Counted from the stretch's first letter, positions 26,231 through 39,976 are shown. The stretch is DNA of 64,000 bases from Octopus vulgaris (GCA_951406725.2 OX597815.1:17732001-17796000), one strand, 5' to 3'. The notes: generated by a model not told the origin, from the sequence alone. Program-made: numbers and translations.

Positions 26231-26835
26231 ACATAAATTAGGTTCTGAGAGGCACAGGGGAAACTAGTTTTATTTGTGAACCTCTGTCCTTGTTTGAAAA
26301 AGAAATCCGAGCTTTCAAGTTGGTTGGGGCAAGTTCCACAGTTTGGGTGTCCACATTTTTTAACCGTTGGTTTCGTGGTTGTTTTGTAAAGCTTCGTATT
26401 TGTTAGTAGTCTCTTTAGCGATTTGAGTTGCTTTTTGCATTTGATGAGTTTGTGCGTTTTCAGGATATCGTTCATTTTTGGATCTCTAGTTAATAAAGGA
26501 AGATTTTGCACAATAGTGTTGAATACCTCAGTGTTTCTGGGGTTCTGTGTTGATATAAATAATAGAGTTTTGAGATGAGGTGTGGTGTTATGTTTTGTTG
26601 TTCTTAGTGTTTTTATGTCTAATTGTTTGGTACGCTTAATTCCCTCGTCTATAAGTGAGGGTGGGTATTGTCTTTCAGTAAGCGTTGTTTTGAGGTCTTG
26701 AAGACGAAGGTCTCGAGTTGTTCTATCAGAAACTATTGTGCAAATCCTTTTTGCCAAATTGAAAGGGATATTTATTTTGATGTTTCGAGTGTTACTATTA
26801 CTATTTACCACACGTGGAACGGAAAATGCTACCAA
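26231..26835 (-). pseudogene. Penelope-like (Neptune-type) retroelement ORF fragment: RT thumb plus Cys linker before GIY-YIG
   Basis: NIPFNLAKRICTIVSD…L…RQYP and KKCGHPNCGTCP…CASQNLIY, truncated where the GIY-YIG domain would begin. Confidence 0.85.
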
Positions 26836-27109
26836 ATCCTACTACAAACTTATCGGATAAAATTACCAACGAGGACATATTAAAAGAATTGAAAGAAACT
26901 AACTGAAATTTAGTTATTCTAACTAACAAAATAGATGGATTAAATTACCGTACTGGAGAAGAAACAGAATTTGAACAAAGACGACAGTCTACAGAGCAAG
27001 TTAGTCAAAGTTTGAACGAACTATGCACGACACTGCATTCATTTTTTTACAAATAACTGTAAAAGTGAATTATTTTCAAAACCGATAAACGTATAAATAC
27101 ATAGAAATA

Positions 27110-27360
27110 TAATAGTTGTATACTGTCAATTTAACGTGACAGTAGGGGATTACACCACCGCTGTTTAGCCCTAGGAAGCATCGAACGCTTCCTGTCGGCG
27201 TCGACACATTTACTGTGTCCTTATATATTTACGAAGGGGAGACAAATACCCCCAACAGCTAGGCCTGCATCTAGAGACACGCATGTTTCAGGGTTTTTGC
27301 CCATCATCGGTCTAGAGTAGCAAAAGCCTGCTAGCTGCAGATATCTGTCTCGACTTCGTA
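27110..27360 (-). mobile_element. Penelope-like terminal repeat P2 with hammerhead motif (27270-27316)
   Basis: Minus strand TCTAGA-CCGATGA-TGGG CAAAAA CCCT-GAAA-CATGCGTG-TC-TCTAGA (U4 to C change); homologous to 40034-40230. Confidence 0.7.
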
Positions 27361-27793
27361 AATATATATATCTAATTATCTAATTTTACATAGAAATAAT
27401 TAGTCGAATAAACGGTTTGATAATTAACATAAAAATATACACAGACATAAATGCGTACATGTGTATGAAACGTAAAAGAATCAAGAAATATCTTTTTAAA
27501 GGAAATGTTTTCTCACTTCCAACGCAAAGTATTATAGAAATACAGAGAATTGAATAAGTATTTACATACGATTTAATGAAAAGATCGATACATTTTTAAT
27601 TTATTCCAGGTCAATGTAAATACGCGTGTCTAATGAACCTCGGATGTATATTTTCCCATTTTCGCTGCAAAATTTTATTTCTTCTTTATAATTAAGTAAA
27701 CTAGGAGGGAGAGAGAGTTGGGGATTTGAAGCAATGGTGATTTATTCTTTCACGAGCTTCAGTTATTGAACTGTAGCCATGCAGGGCCATATC

Positions 27794-28021
27794 TATTTCT
27801 TTACTACCCATAAGGGGCTAAACACAGAGGGGACAAACAAGGACAGACAAATGGATTAAGTCGATTATATCGACCCCAGTGCGTTACTGGTGCTTATTTA
27901 ATCGACCCCGAAAGGATGAAAGGCAAAGTCGACCTCGGCGGAATTTGAACTCAGAACGTAACGGCAGACGAAATACGGCTACGCATTTCGCCCGATGTGC
28001 TAACGTTTCTGCCAGCTCGCC
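27794..28021 (-). mobile_element. SINE family C monomer
   Basis: Head plus one unit; TSD gcagggccatatc on both sides. Confidence 0.9.
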
Positions 28022-29035
28022 GCAGGGCCATATCGATTAGTGCATTATTCCAGTTTGATACTTATTCTATCGGTCTCTTTCTGTTGAACCGCTTCGTTAC
28101 GAGCCACAATAGTAACACTGAAATGGATATAGAAACACAAAACCAATCAAATTTCACCCACAGTACATTGGCCAATGCAACGCTGTAGAAAACACACACA
28201 CACACACATACGCGCGCACACAAGGTGCTACGCAATGGCTTCGAACAAAGAACATCGTGGTTTCCGAAGCGAATTCCTTAGCAACACAGCCATTTCTTGT
28301 GCCTATGACTATATTTGTCGAGGAATCCAAATAAACTGTCTGAAGGAGGAGGAAAATAAATGTTAACCAAGCAAGTAGCTAATAAATCAAATTGATAAAT
28401 TACATAAGGGACCTGAACTGTAATGAATGCCATTTAATACTTATCCACCGACAGAAAGGAAAGTCAAAATGCTAAAGACTAGATTCATTACTTACAAGCA
28501 TCCAGGAAAACACTGATTTACAGGGGGTTCGTTTCCGTTATTTTCGTAGTAAGCAAGAACTAGTTTTATCAACGGCATCGGTGAATGGTGTAGCCAGCTA
28601 AAGCTAACCAGTAATTTACGGTTAAATAACATTGGATCTCATCCTATCAAAATACAAAAACTAACATGCTGTTGTCCGCATCAACTATTAAATACAACGT
28701 CATACCTTCTGAAACTTGCGTTGACTTTTAACTAAAATTGAAAAAGAAACTGGTGCCATATTATTTGAGTTCAAATCTTGTAAAAGCAGCCTTATGAAAC
28801 CATATATCAATGAATAATCCCTCATAAATCAATTAATAAATAAAGGGCACAAATGGCCAAACAGCGTGTCAGCTTCGTAGGTTACTATCAAATATTCACT
28901 TTCAAAACCCCAGCTCAATCTTACTTCACATTTCACAACAACGGCTTCATGATTGTGATAAAGTATACTAAGTATTCGAAAAATACAAGAACAGAATATA
29001 ATTGAATGAAGTGACCTAGGGTATTACGACCTCGA

Positions 29036-29445
29036 AAGGCGGCGAGCTGGCAGAATCGTTAGCACGCCGGGCGAAATGCTTAGCGGTATTTCGTCTGCCG
29101 TTACGTTCTGAGTTCAAATTCCGCCGAGGTCGACTTTGCCTTTCATCCTTTTTTCGGGGTCGATAAATTAAGTACCAGCTACGTACTGGGGTCGATGTAA
29201 TCGACTTAATCCCGTTGTCTGTCCTTGTTTGTCCCTTCTATGTTTAGCCCCTTGTGGGTAATAAAGAAATAGGTATTTCGTCTGCCGTTACGTTGTGAGT
29301 TCAAATTCCGCCGAGGTCGACTTTGCCTTTCATTCTTTCGGGGTCGATAAATTAAGTACCAGTTACGCACTGGGGTCGATGTAATCGACTTAATCCGTTT
29401 GTTTGTCCTCTCTGTCTTTAGCCCCTTGTGGGTAGTAAAGAAATA
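29036..29445 (+). mobile_element. SINE family C dimer
   Basis: Head plus two units; TSD gtattacgacctcga at 29021-29035 and 29447-29461. Confidence 0.9.
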
Positions 29446-29813
29446 AGTATTACGACCTCGATCCAAATATGTGCGTAGAGTGGCACATTTTATTTAACAC
29501 ACTTTTTCTGCATTTGGTGGCATCTTCAACCTATAATAAATTCAGTCCCATTTCAGTTAGATTACCTGGGGCCGTTCATTCTGCACTATGGCGAGGAGCG
29601 TATACGTTTGATTGTTATTTGAGACATACACAATATAAACCAGCTTTTGGAGACCTAAGATATACGCGAGTGAATTTCGAACACCAAACTATTACAGCCT
29701 GCTTTAATATAGGGCTGCTCGTTTGAGATCATGGACCGGAAATCATGTAGATCTTCAGTAGTGTCTATAATACTATATAGTACAACACACTCACAAACAC
29801 ACACATTTACATA

Positions 29814-29868
<55 letters not shown>

Positions 29869-29940
29869 TATTAGGGAATAAACATTTCGGCATCACAGGG
29901 ATTCAAATAAAATGAATTATTCTCAATAAGGAAATATACA

Positions 29941-30400
29941 TTATTTAGAGACAGCAGTCCCCATACAAAATATACATTACACCATATAAAAGAATTTTAT
30001 TTTAATACTTACTAATCATTTCTAAATTTCTCTGCTACACGTGTTTCATGGGGTGCGTTTAACGTTCCTTAAACACGCAGTCTTTTACAGGAACATTTCT
30101 TAAACGCAACCCCAATCGTCAGGTCTCTTAATAACTTTATCGTAATTCAATACCAATTTCTATATTTTAATATTTTAACAGTTACGAATGTAATTAACAG
30201 ACAAATATGCTTAGAGGCCTGACGATTGGGGTTGAGTTTCAGAAATGTTCCTGTAAAACACTGCGTGTTTAATGAACGGTAAAATAACCTCAAGAAACAC
30301 GTGTAGCAGAGAAATTTAGAAATGATTAGTAAGTATGAAAATAAAATTCTTTTATATGGTGTGATGTATATTTTGCATGGGGACTGCTATCTCTAATAAT
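29941..30400. mobile_element. Inverted repeat (about 190-bp arms, about 83-bp spacer) with a hammerhead core and long stem II in each arm
   Basis: Plus 30219-30305 CTGACGA-TTGGGG…CCTCAA-GAAA-CACGTG-TA; minus 30036-30122 has the same core with stem II TGGGGTTGCGTTTAA/TTAAACGCACCCCA. Confidence 0.72.
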
Positions 30401-31108
30401 ATTGCATGCAAACTATCCTGAGTCTTTCCATGCTGCTTTTTAACTAGAGCCAACAATTGGAGCCATATTGGAAGATCAAATTGATGTTGTTAAAGTGCAT
30501 GTAATTTGATTTGTTAACCGGCATTCATTTGATTTGCGGCTGGATGGAAAGTTTTGAGAGAGAGCACCTGTTAATTAACTCAGCCTACCTTTGATGCCTT
30601 TGTGAGCTCCGCTAGCTTAGCTTAGGGAACTTCTAAAGCATGTTATCCATCACAATGAGCGAAGCAGTAAAGTTCAGCGCTGTAACTTGGGTTTTGTTGG
30701 ATTTTATGTTCACATCCAAATGCGGTTGGACGCCTCTTAATGGTAGTACAGCCTTGAAGAGAGATTACCTAAAAATTCCAGTAAATGTAGGATCTAGGCA
30801 AGATATGTTAGAGTGTGTGTATGTGTGTGTGTGTGTGTGTGTGTGAGCGTGAAAAGTGATCATCTCACGATCCAGTATATTCTAGTGAGGAAGCAGAATA
30901 TTGATCTCTGGAAGACATCAGAGAGACAGGTTTTTGGCAAAAGTAAAATCGGGATAAAAACATTACTTTCGGTTCTTCATAACCAGATGTGAAAGCAATG
31001 ACAGGCTGTGATCAAATTTAATTATACAAGGCACACCTATAGTAGGAGAAGTATTTAGTCGACTACGAGCAAAAATATTTGTTTAAATCATATTTACTAT
31101 TTCCATAA

Positions 31109-31492
31109 GTGGAGGCGCAATGGCCCAGTGGTTAGGGCAGCGGACTCGCGGTCATAGGATCGCGGTTTCGATTCCCAGACCGGGCGTTGTGAGTGTTTAT
31201 TGAGCGAAAACACCTAAAGCTCCTTGAGGCTCCGGCAGGGGGTGGTAGTGATCCCTGCTGTGCTCTTTCACCACAACTTTCTCTCACTCTTACTTCCTGT
31301 TTCTGTTCTACCTGTATTTCAAAGGGCCGGCCTTGTCACTCTCTGTGTCACGCTGAATATCCCCGAGAACTACGTTAAGGGTACACGTGTCTGTGGAGTG
31401 CTCAGCCACTTACACGTTAATTTCACGAGCAGGCTGTTCCGTTGATTCGGATCAACCGGAACCCTCGTCGTCGTAACCGACGGAGTGCTTCC
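31109..31492 (+). mobile_element. SINE family B, full length
   Basis: TSD actatttccataa at 31096-31108 and 31493-31505. Confidence 0.92.
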
Positions 31493-31779
31493 ACTATTTC
31501 CATAAAATGACCTAAAGACTGACGTCTCTTTTTGTCGATAAACACCCAATGACAACAAACGATTCCAATTACGAAATGACTTATGTCATGATAAATCTAA
31601 CTACCACTGACTTAAATACCTGAGAGCGTGAAATACCATTTATAATAAACGGTATACATATTACATAAGAAGTACATGACAGGCTAGTCAATGTTCAAGT
31701 GTTTTAATCAAATCTTGAGCTTTCGAACGTTAAATAGACTTTCATATTTTAAACTAACAAGTTTCTCTTTTATATGATA

Positions 31780-32150
31780 CTAGCAGTATCGCCCGGCGTT
31801 GCTCAGGTTTGTAAGGGAAATAACTATAAAGCATTTTTAGAGAGTTATAGCCAAAAAATAGCAAAAAGATGGAAAAAAATGATGGTAAATTTTTTTTAGT
31901 TAAAGAAGGTGGAGTTGCGTCCCCTAGACAGTGTGCGGTTTGTGTTTCTGATTCTCGACCCCATGTCGAATTTATCGATTTTTTCAGAACTTTTCAAAAT
32001 TTTCGCTGCGTTAGTTTTGAATTATGACATTGGGCTATGTGTGTGTCAAGTTTCATCAGAATCGGTTGAAAGCCGTGGTCAGGGTGAGGGTACAAGAAAA
32101 CAGACACACAGAAACACGCACAGACAAACTGCCGTTTATATATATATATA
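31780..32150 (-). mobile_element. Non-autonomous Helitron
   Basis: Reverse complement of the hairpin-CTAG end at 31780; body matches 54945-55331. Confidence 0.85.
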
Positions 32151-32205
32151 TATATCTGATGTAAGTATTCATTCGGCTGATTGGTATTCTCCTTTTCTAT
32201 TTATT

Positions 32206-32773
32206 AAGGCGGCGAGCTGGCAGAAACGTTAGCACGCCGGGCGAAATGCATAGCCGTATTTCGTCTGCCGTTACGTTCTGAGTTCAAATTCCGCCGAGGT
32301 CGACTTTGCCTTTCATCTTTTCGGAGTCGATAAATTCAGTATCAGTTACGCACTGGGGTCGATATAATCGACGTAATCCGTTTGTCTGTCCTTGTTTGTC
32401 CTCTCTGTGTTTAGCCTCTTGTGGGTAGTAAAGAAATAGGTATTTCGTCTGCCGTTACGTTCTGAGTTCAAATTCCGCCGAGGTCGACTTTGTCTTTCAT
32501 CCTTTCGGGTCGATATAATCGACTTAATCCGTTTGTCTGTCCTTGTTTGTCCTCTCTGTGTTTAGCCCTTTGTGGGTAGTAAAGAAATAGGTATTTCGTC
32601 TGCCGCTACGTTCTGAGTTCAAATTCCGCTGAGGTCGACTTTACCTTTCATCCTTTCGGGATCGATTAAATAAGTACCAGTTACGCACTGGGGTCGATGT
32701 AATCGACTTAATCCGTTTGTCTGTCATTGTTTGTCCCTTCTGTGTTTAGCCCATTGTGGGTAGTAAAGAAATA
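32206..32773 (+). mobile_element. SINE family C trimer
   Basis: Head plus three units, the second with an internal deletion; imperfect TSD. Confidence 0.9.
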
Positions 32774-32846
32774 GATGTTCTCCTTTACTATTTATGACAT
32801 TTTAAACAAAGGAAGGTTAAATATACTTGGAATAAAATTACAGATA

Positions 32847-32982
32847 GGCGCAGGAGTGGCTGTGTAGTTAAGAACAGTTGGTTTCAGGTTCCGTCCCACT
32901 GCGCAGCACCTCGAGCAAATGCCCCGGGATGAACAACACTTTGTGAGTGAATTTGGAAGACGGAAACTGTGCGACCAGCTCA
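32847..32982 (+). mobile_element. Decayed 5' part of SINE family A
   Basis: ggcgcaggagtggctgtgtagttaag…ggttccgtcccactgcg…gacggaaactg. Confidence 0.65.
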
Positions 32983-34261
32983 TTTAGATTTTAAACAATC
33001 GTTTCGTATGAAAACGAAAGATAATTAAAGCTACACGCTGTACAAAATAGGCTGCCTTCTTTACAGAAAATTCTTTAGCCGCTCTCGTTCAATGAATGTC
33101 TCACGATTTTCTAATTCTGGAAGATTCTCCGCTATCTATGACAGAAATAAAGCCGTTAATGGCCTAATACAGGATTACTAAAAGCTATTTTACATCATAT
33201 ATCACTCAGATAAAACTGAGACGGTAATCACAGCACAAAATGGTACAAAATAATCAAACTGAAATGGAGTGACTCCATTTTAGTTTGAGCCAGGTTGAAC
33301 AGTCAAATACAGAAAAAAAAGCATTAAGTGGATCAACAAAGCAATAATGTATTAGATCAGTCAGTCGTCTATTGTTCTTTATTATAGGCATAAAGCCTGA
33401 ATCAGTCAGCCGTCTATATCCCTCTCTTCTATTTCTCCAATATTTACTATACTTTATTACAGTATTATAACTGTCATTGTCAACTATGTCAAAACTTCGG
33501 TCAAGTAGATTTCTTGACAGTGAACGCTTAATAGCAACCAACAAAATTTATATGCAAATGTTCGCTGAATCTGGCCGTTAATGGTACTTATTTAATTAAT
33601 CTACGAAAGATGAATTTATAAGTCCTCTTTTGCAGGATTAAAACACTATGGCACCAGATTACTTTCTAATTCTAATTTGAAAGTCTATCAACAAAGATGA
33701 TTTCACAGGGCACTTAAAAGGGTGGTGAATTTGAGGTGGACAGCATCAAGTCAAACTGGAATTTTTATAGGGACAGAATCAACGTTTTTTTTAACCGTAA
33801 ACTGTAGGTTGGTTAGGTTCAGTCAACTGTATCATCCGCCAATGCTGTTGATAACCTTTGTTCTTGCTTATTATGGAAATAATGCAACAAAAAAAAAAAA
33901 GAAAAGAATTCTCGAATAAGTCCGCTTCGTAGCCATGCGGTTAGAAATAGAATATAAAGAATTGAAAAGTATTAACGGTCTCACAGACTTTCAATCAATG
34001 TTTCGTAAGTAAGCGAAATATAGATTATATAGATTATCCACACACCGCACAAAACAAAACCAGGTTGTTGTATTGTTTACAGACACCTTCAACAAACTTT
34101 TTCAGTTCTATATTTAAGAGATGAGGAATTATGTACATTAATTACAAGATCCGTCAAATGTAAATAATGTAAACACACTTTTTGTAAATATTTCGAGATT
34201 TTCCCCACACAAGAATATTTTCAAGTTCTCTGTGAACCAGCGAGAAATTAAAACTGATTAC

Positions 34262-34512
34262 TAACTCCGAAAAGCTCTATCTACGACGATTTCATCTCAA
34301 TCGAAGGAGAGGGGCTTTCTCCGTCCGGGTTGCGGATCCGTGGAATAAGCTGCCGGACGAGATAGTGAAGATGCCGGACGATCGCTCGGTTCAAAGTCTC
34401 TCTTGACCAGAAATGGCCTGAACTCTTTGTATGACCACCCTCTCTGTACATAACTCCATGTCCCCTTATATGGCCTTGATTTTGCTTTTTGAGCCAATAA
34501 AAATTGAATTGA
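34262..34512 (+). mobile_element. 3' end of a CR1-type LINE (ORF2 C-terminus plus 3'UTR)
   Basis: RRFHLNRRRGAFSVRVADPWNKLPDEIV, then (after a frameshift) FKVSLDQKWPELF; matches the CR1-group FSxRVxxxWNxLP motif. Confidence 0.8.
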
Positions 34513-34731
34513 CCCGACATGAGCAATATTTGCAGCCTGTATTGCATATTACAGAAACATCAAACTAGTGACTTGAATACTACACAACACAAACGAGAAG
34601 GCATGAGAGGAGTCTCAAATACTTTGCTGTGTAAGCAATATATATATATATATAGGAGAGAGAGAGAGGAAGGGGAGAGATAGTGTTATATATCCTTTGT
34701 CATTAATAAATTTTAGCGAGACGAAAAATAG

Positions 34732-35132
34732 GGATCTTTTCGGTTTGAACGGCAGTTTTTAACATAATTTCTAGGTAACTAAAAAACTTTAAACTTCGTA
34801 TACTGGTAGAATGTGTTTATAAAACATCTTTTTCATTTGGCTTTATTGAGAAAATTCTATAGTTTGTAAGATATTTGTTGTTTTTTTCTTCAATTTCTGC
34901 GATTTGAACCAATCAATGACGTCTATTGAGGTAAAAAAAACATTCTGTGCCGTATGAATATGTCCTTCGTTTAAGAAACAGATTGAGTTTAGTTACATTT
35001 GTGAAGAAAAAAAAAGATCCCCTAACCCTAAAATAGATTGAAATGCAATAGATCGATACTAGGGTCATGATTATGGGTGACAATTTCATATGACACCGCT
35101 AGAAAAAACTGCCGTTCAAACCGAAAAGATCC
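34732..35132. mobile_element. MITE, same family as 5256-5692
   Basis: TIRs intact; TSD aaaaatag at 34724-34731 and 35133-35140. Confidence 0.92.
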
Positions 35133-35620
35133 AAAAATAGAATTTAATAATATTTGACATTATTAATTAAGCTCTGTATTTTAGAAGAGAGGACTGGAAA
35201 TGTAACTGTGATTCTTTTGGTTTCACGTGAGATTGAAACCGTATCCCAGTCACAAATTACTACGTTGTTTGCTACACATGGGCACACATAAAATTAATCA
35301 GATAATAAATGAGTAATGAGATATTATATTGACAGAAGCCATTTTTCTAAATGAGAAATAAATAAGTTTGAAATTAATTCTTCCACATCACATAATCTTT
35401 AAAATTCCATTACAATAGGCAATAAATGAGCCAGAAAATTTCTAGTGCAGTTAATAGTGTAGAGGACAACTGTTTTCGTTGCCTTACCAAGAAGCTGTGA
35501 TATTCATGCCTTCACGAAGACAAAACTAATACACAGACTTGGAATCAACGTGTGAGTCTTCTCTCTCTCTCTCTCTCTCTAACGGTAATCAATGAAATAA
35601 ACTTTACACAATGCAGATGG

Positions 35621-36007
35621 ATGGAAGCACTCCGTCGGTTACGACGACGAGGGTTCCGGTTGATCCGAATCAACGGAACAGCCTGCTCGTGAAATTAACG
35701 TGTAAGTGGCTGAGCACTCCACAGACACGTGTACCCTTAACGTAGTTCTCGGGGATATTCAGCGTGACACAGAGAGTGACAAGGCCGGCCCTTTGAAATA
35801 CAGGTACAACAGAAACAGGAAGTAAGAGTGAGAGAAAGTTGTGGTGAAAGAGTACAGCAGGGATCGCCACCATCCCCTGCCGGAGCCTCGTGGAGCTTTT
35901 AGGTGTTTTCGCTCAATAAACACTCGTAACGCCCAGTCTGGGAATCGAAACCGCGATCCTACGACCGTGAGTTCGCTGCCCTAACCACTGGGCCATTGCG
36001 CCTCCAC
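35621..36007 (-). mobile_element. SINE family B, full length
   Basis: Reverse complement of the 1601 copy; imperfect TSD aatgc(a/g)gat. Confidence 0.92.
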
Positions 36008-36331
36008 AATGCGGATATGTATCATCAAACCTCATTGCAATTTATGTAGGAAGCAATCAATTTCGATTTGCATGGAATTTAATAAATAAATAGATAAAAC
36101 GATGAATAAAAATGAGAACAAAAACAAAATGTGTTGTTTCTTAAAAGTCGAATTAAAACGGTAATATTTTTCCTGATTTATGATGGGAGTGATGTAGCAA
36201 TAGGCAACACAACTTCTCTGAATAATTAAGTGTCCAGGTCTCCAAACTGCTTTACATTCTTGAGTGGTGTCATTAAAACCTATCACGTGTGTAACTAACT
36301 ACACATACGATAGTGGATAATGAGTGAAATA

Positions 36332-36720
36332 GTGGAGGCGCAATGGCCCAGTGGTTAGGGCAGCGAACTCGCGGTCGTAGGATCGCGGTTTCGATTCCCA
36401 GACCGAGCGTTGTGAGTGTTTATTGAGCGAAAACACCTAAAGCTCCACGAGGCTCCGGCAGGGGGTGGTGGTGATCCCTGCTGTACTCTTTCACCACAAC
36501 TTTCTCTCACTCTTACTTCCTGTTTCTGTTGTACCTGTATTTCAAAGGGCCGGCCTTGTCACTCTCTGTGTCACGCTGAATATCCCCGAGAACTACGTTA
36601 AGGGTACACGTGTCTGTGGAGTGCTCAGCCATTTACACGTTAATTTCACGAGCAGGCTATTCCGTTGATCGGATCAACCGGAACCCTCATCGTCGTTACC
36701 GACGGAGTGCTTCCTTCCCC
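36332..36720 (+). mobile_element. SINE family B, full length
   Basis: 29-bp TSD acatacgatagtggataatgagtgaaata at 36303-36331 and 36722-36750. Confidence 0.92.
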
Positions 36721-36946
36721 TACATACGATAGTGGATAATGAGTGAAATATGCATATGTACATAGAAAAGAGAGACATTAAAAAATGAATGGAAGGCGGA
36801 ATGCAATCGCATGTTTAATATTCATTTAAATGATTGTGGTCATTCAGTCCTTCACGCTTTATTGTCCTTTGGACAGCTAAACTATTTAAGAGACTTTTCT
36901 GTAAAATTAATACATTCACGCTTCACAGTACACAAATGCACATACA

Positions 36947-37344
36947 ACTATATATATAAAGCTGAAGTTGTCTGTGTGTGTGTGACAGGTTTGGTAGCCT
37001 TCAACTAACCCTATCTCCTCCGAGACCGTGCGGCGCAAATTGACCAAAATTGAGAGTATGATAGAAGAAGGTTTGCTCTTCCTTCCGTAGAAGAAAAATT
37101 CAAATCGGACCATGTTAACACCAAAAATTATTTACATCAAAAAGGTGCTTTTTTTCTATAAAAATCCCTATTTTTTACGATTTTTTGACTGCTGTGTCGC
37201 CATTTTTCGGTGTATTTCAACCAGAAAATGTTTATTTAAAGAGAATAACAAGCTACATTTTGCAAAATTTTTACTTTTCAAAAATTCCAATTCCAAAGGG
37301 TCGAAAACAAAACAAACCCGAGCAACGCTGGGCTATACTGCTAG
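36947..37344 (+). mobile_element. Non-autonomous Helitron with a different internal sequence
   Basis: 5' tatatataaagctgaagttgtctgtg; 3' cccgagcaacgctggg hairpin plus CTAG|T. Confidence 0.82.
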
Positions 37345-37888
37345 TTTACTATAAGTGGATATTCAAAGGTAGAATTTATAGCTTATAAGGCATATAAAAT
37401 TGATCTTTATATGCCTTATAGCTAATTCTTGTATTCAAGACTTACTAATTCTTGTATTTAGAGGAAGCATATACTAATGATGCAACCTTGTGGTCAGCTA
37501 TTCAAAATCCTACTCAAAAATACCTCCACGGCCAAGGAGACAAAAATGAAAAAAAAAATAAAAGAAGAGAAAATGGAAAATTGAACATCAATGTATTTTC
37601 TACCAACATCTTGATCAAACAAATACAATTCAATCAGGGGAATATAATTGTTAATGCACGAAGCACGTGTTGATGGAAATTCGATTTCAGATCACCTCCC
37701 AAAATGCTGCGAAGTTCTAATTCCCTGAACGTAATCTGACAGACTTTGATACTGAGAGACTACTGATAATGTTTCAATGAGTGATAATAACAACGCTTTG
37801 CAAAGAAGCAACAGAGCGCAGACAAGCAGAACGTAGATCTCGAGAGAATTTATTTAGGCACAGATTCTACATTGCAAGAAAAATTACG

Positions 37889-37930
<42 letters not shown>

Positions 37931-38910
37931 TTTGTATTTTATTTTATTTTGAACAGTAGATTTCGCAGCATATAAGGCTATAAATCAGGGCATGTAAATG
38001 TTTGGGCGAAAAACCCAATGGGCAGAAAAAGTCAAAAGTGTAAAATCTTATAAATTCTTATGAGGTGAACATACAGTTTACGTTAGCAAGAATAAAATTT
38101 CTAAAGTCGATACAGAAATTCGAAGGATTGCATTTTTCTAAGGGTAGAACGCCTGTCTCTTTACAGGAAATCTGGGTTTGTGTCCCACGGGCGACCTTCG
38201 ACTTTATCCATCCGAAGGTTTTATTAACCCTATTTTTACATGTTATTCATAGCCTTATGTACTTCAAGATCCACTGTTCCAATATATAAATATATTTTAC
38301 GGTCTCGTAATCGTTTATAAATTCTATGATGTCAACAGTTACTTTATGGATTTTTGGAAAATATTTTTGAGTTTGAATAATAAAGTTTTAAGTGTTAAAG
38401 GAAGTTAATGTCTCTGGAAATAAAAAAATTAAGACATTAAACCTATTTCAAAATGGAACGAGTTCGAAAAAAAGAAACAACTGCAAAACAGTAAATATAA
38501 GGAAGATAGATGAACATAGAGCAATTTGGCTTAAAACTATGGTGACAACGTTACTTACGAGTATTGGGGTCGATATGACTGATTAATCCCTTGAAGTACC
38601 ACCGAGTAAAGTAATAAAAGGTTATGTACATATAAGTGGCAGGGACCTGATTGAGTATATATTTTTATCATATAAAAGGAGAAACAAGCTGATGTTTTTG
38701 GTTTGGTTTTTAGGAGATTCAGAACGTTGAAGTAAATGGGTTATTGTGATGATTTCGTCTTAAAATGACAATGGAAATTCTTGAAACTTCACGAGATTTT
38801 ACAGCTGTTATAGATATTTTGCAAACTGCTATCTCCGACAGTTTTGTCGGTAGAACCCAGTGAAACTTATACTGAAACAGAACCAACTTTAAACCGGTAT
38901 GCCCCTTGAG

Positions 38911-39143
38911 AAGGCGGCGAGCTGGCAGAATCGTTAGCACGCTGGGCGAAATGCTTTGCGGTATTTCGTCTGCCGTTACGTTCTGAGTTCAAATTCCGCC
39001 GAGGTCGACTTTGCCTTTCATCCTTTCGGGGTCGATAAATTAAGTACCAGTTACGCACTGGGGTCGATGTAATCGACTTAATACCTATGTCTGTCCTTGT
39101 TTGTCCCCTCTATGTTTAGCCCCTTGTAGGTAATATAGAAAAT
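38911..39143 (+). mobile_element. SINE family C monomer
   Basis: TSD ggtatgccccttgag at 38896-38910; downstream copy at 39144-39158 (diverged). Confidence 0.9.
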
Positions 39144-39417
39144 GGTATACCCTTTGAGTAACTGACACAAACCAGTCTGTATGAAGAGCCAATGCCAAGA
39201 TACTTTGGTCCCCTCTATGTTTAGCCCCTTGTGGGTAATAAAGAAATAGGTATGCCCCTTGAGTAACTGACACAAACCAGTCTGTATGAAGAGCCAATGC
39301 CAAGATACTTTGGTCCCCTCTATGTTTAGCCCCTTGTGGGTAATAAAGAAATAGGTATGCCCCTTGAGTAACTGACACAAACCAGTCTGTATGAAGAGCC
39401 AATGCCAAGATACTTTG
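39103..39417 (+). repeat. Three tandem 105-bp units made of SINE C tail plus TSD plus unique flank
   Basis: Units start at 39103, 39208 and 39313. Confidence 0.9.
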
Positions 39418-39976
39418 AACCCTAGGCTAGTCCTACAATGTTCGGACCTTTTCCTCTACCCTACAATACGAGCCCCATCTAGTTCTAAAATACTGTGCAT
39501 CCCCTTCTCCTGACCCAATAATCTCTACTTTTCACATCATTACAAAATGTGTCCCATTTTCCTATCCTTACATTACACACTCTTTTTGACAATTTCTCGC
39601 AGAGATTTCTTCAGTCATCCCCCTCTTTACACAACCCCAAAAAAATTCAGTTAGAAAATCATAATTAATTTGCACACAAGAAATCTATAATATTATAATT
39701 ATGCTTATCAACAAGAAAATCTGTTAATTGGCAACACTTTAAATGTTTTATGCCAAATTATGTGAAAAACCAAAACACCAGCCCCAACTCTATGTCCTCC
39801 ATCCTCCTCTGTTCTGGCAGTGACTTATCCTACTTTCTTTATAGCAACAATTTCGTGATTTTAGTAGGATTTAAGACATTTTGTATAAGTTCTCTAGAAA
39901 ATTTCGACAACGTCCCCAGATTTTAGTGCTTTAGGAAATTAGGAAATTTTTCCAAATGTTTATTGTTGGCCCTGCT

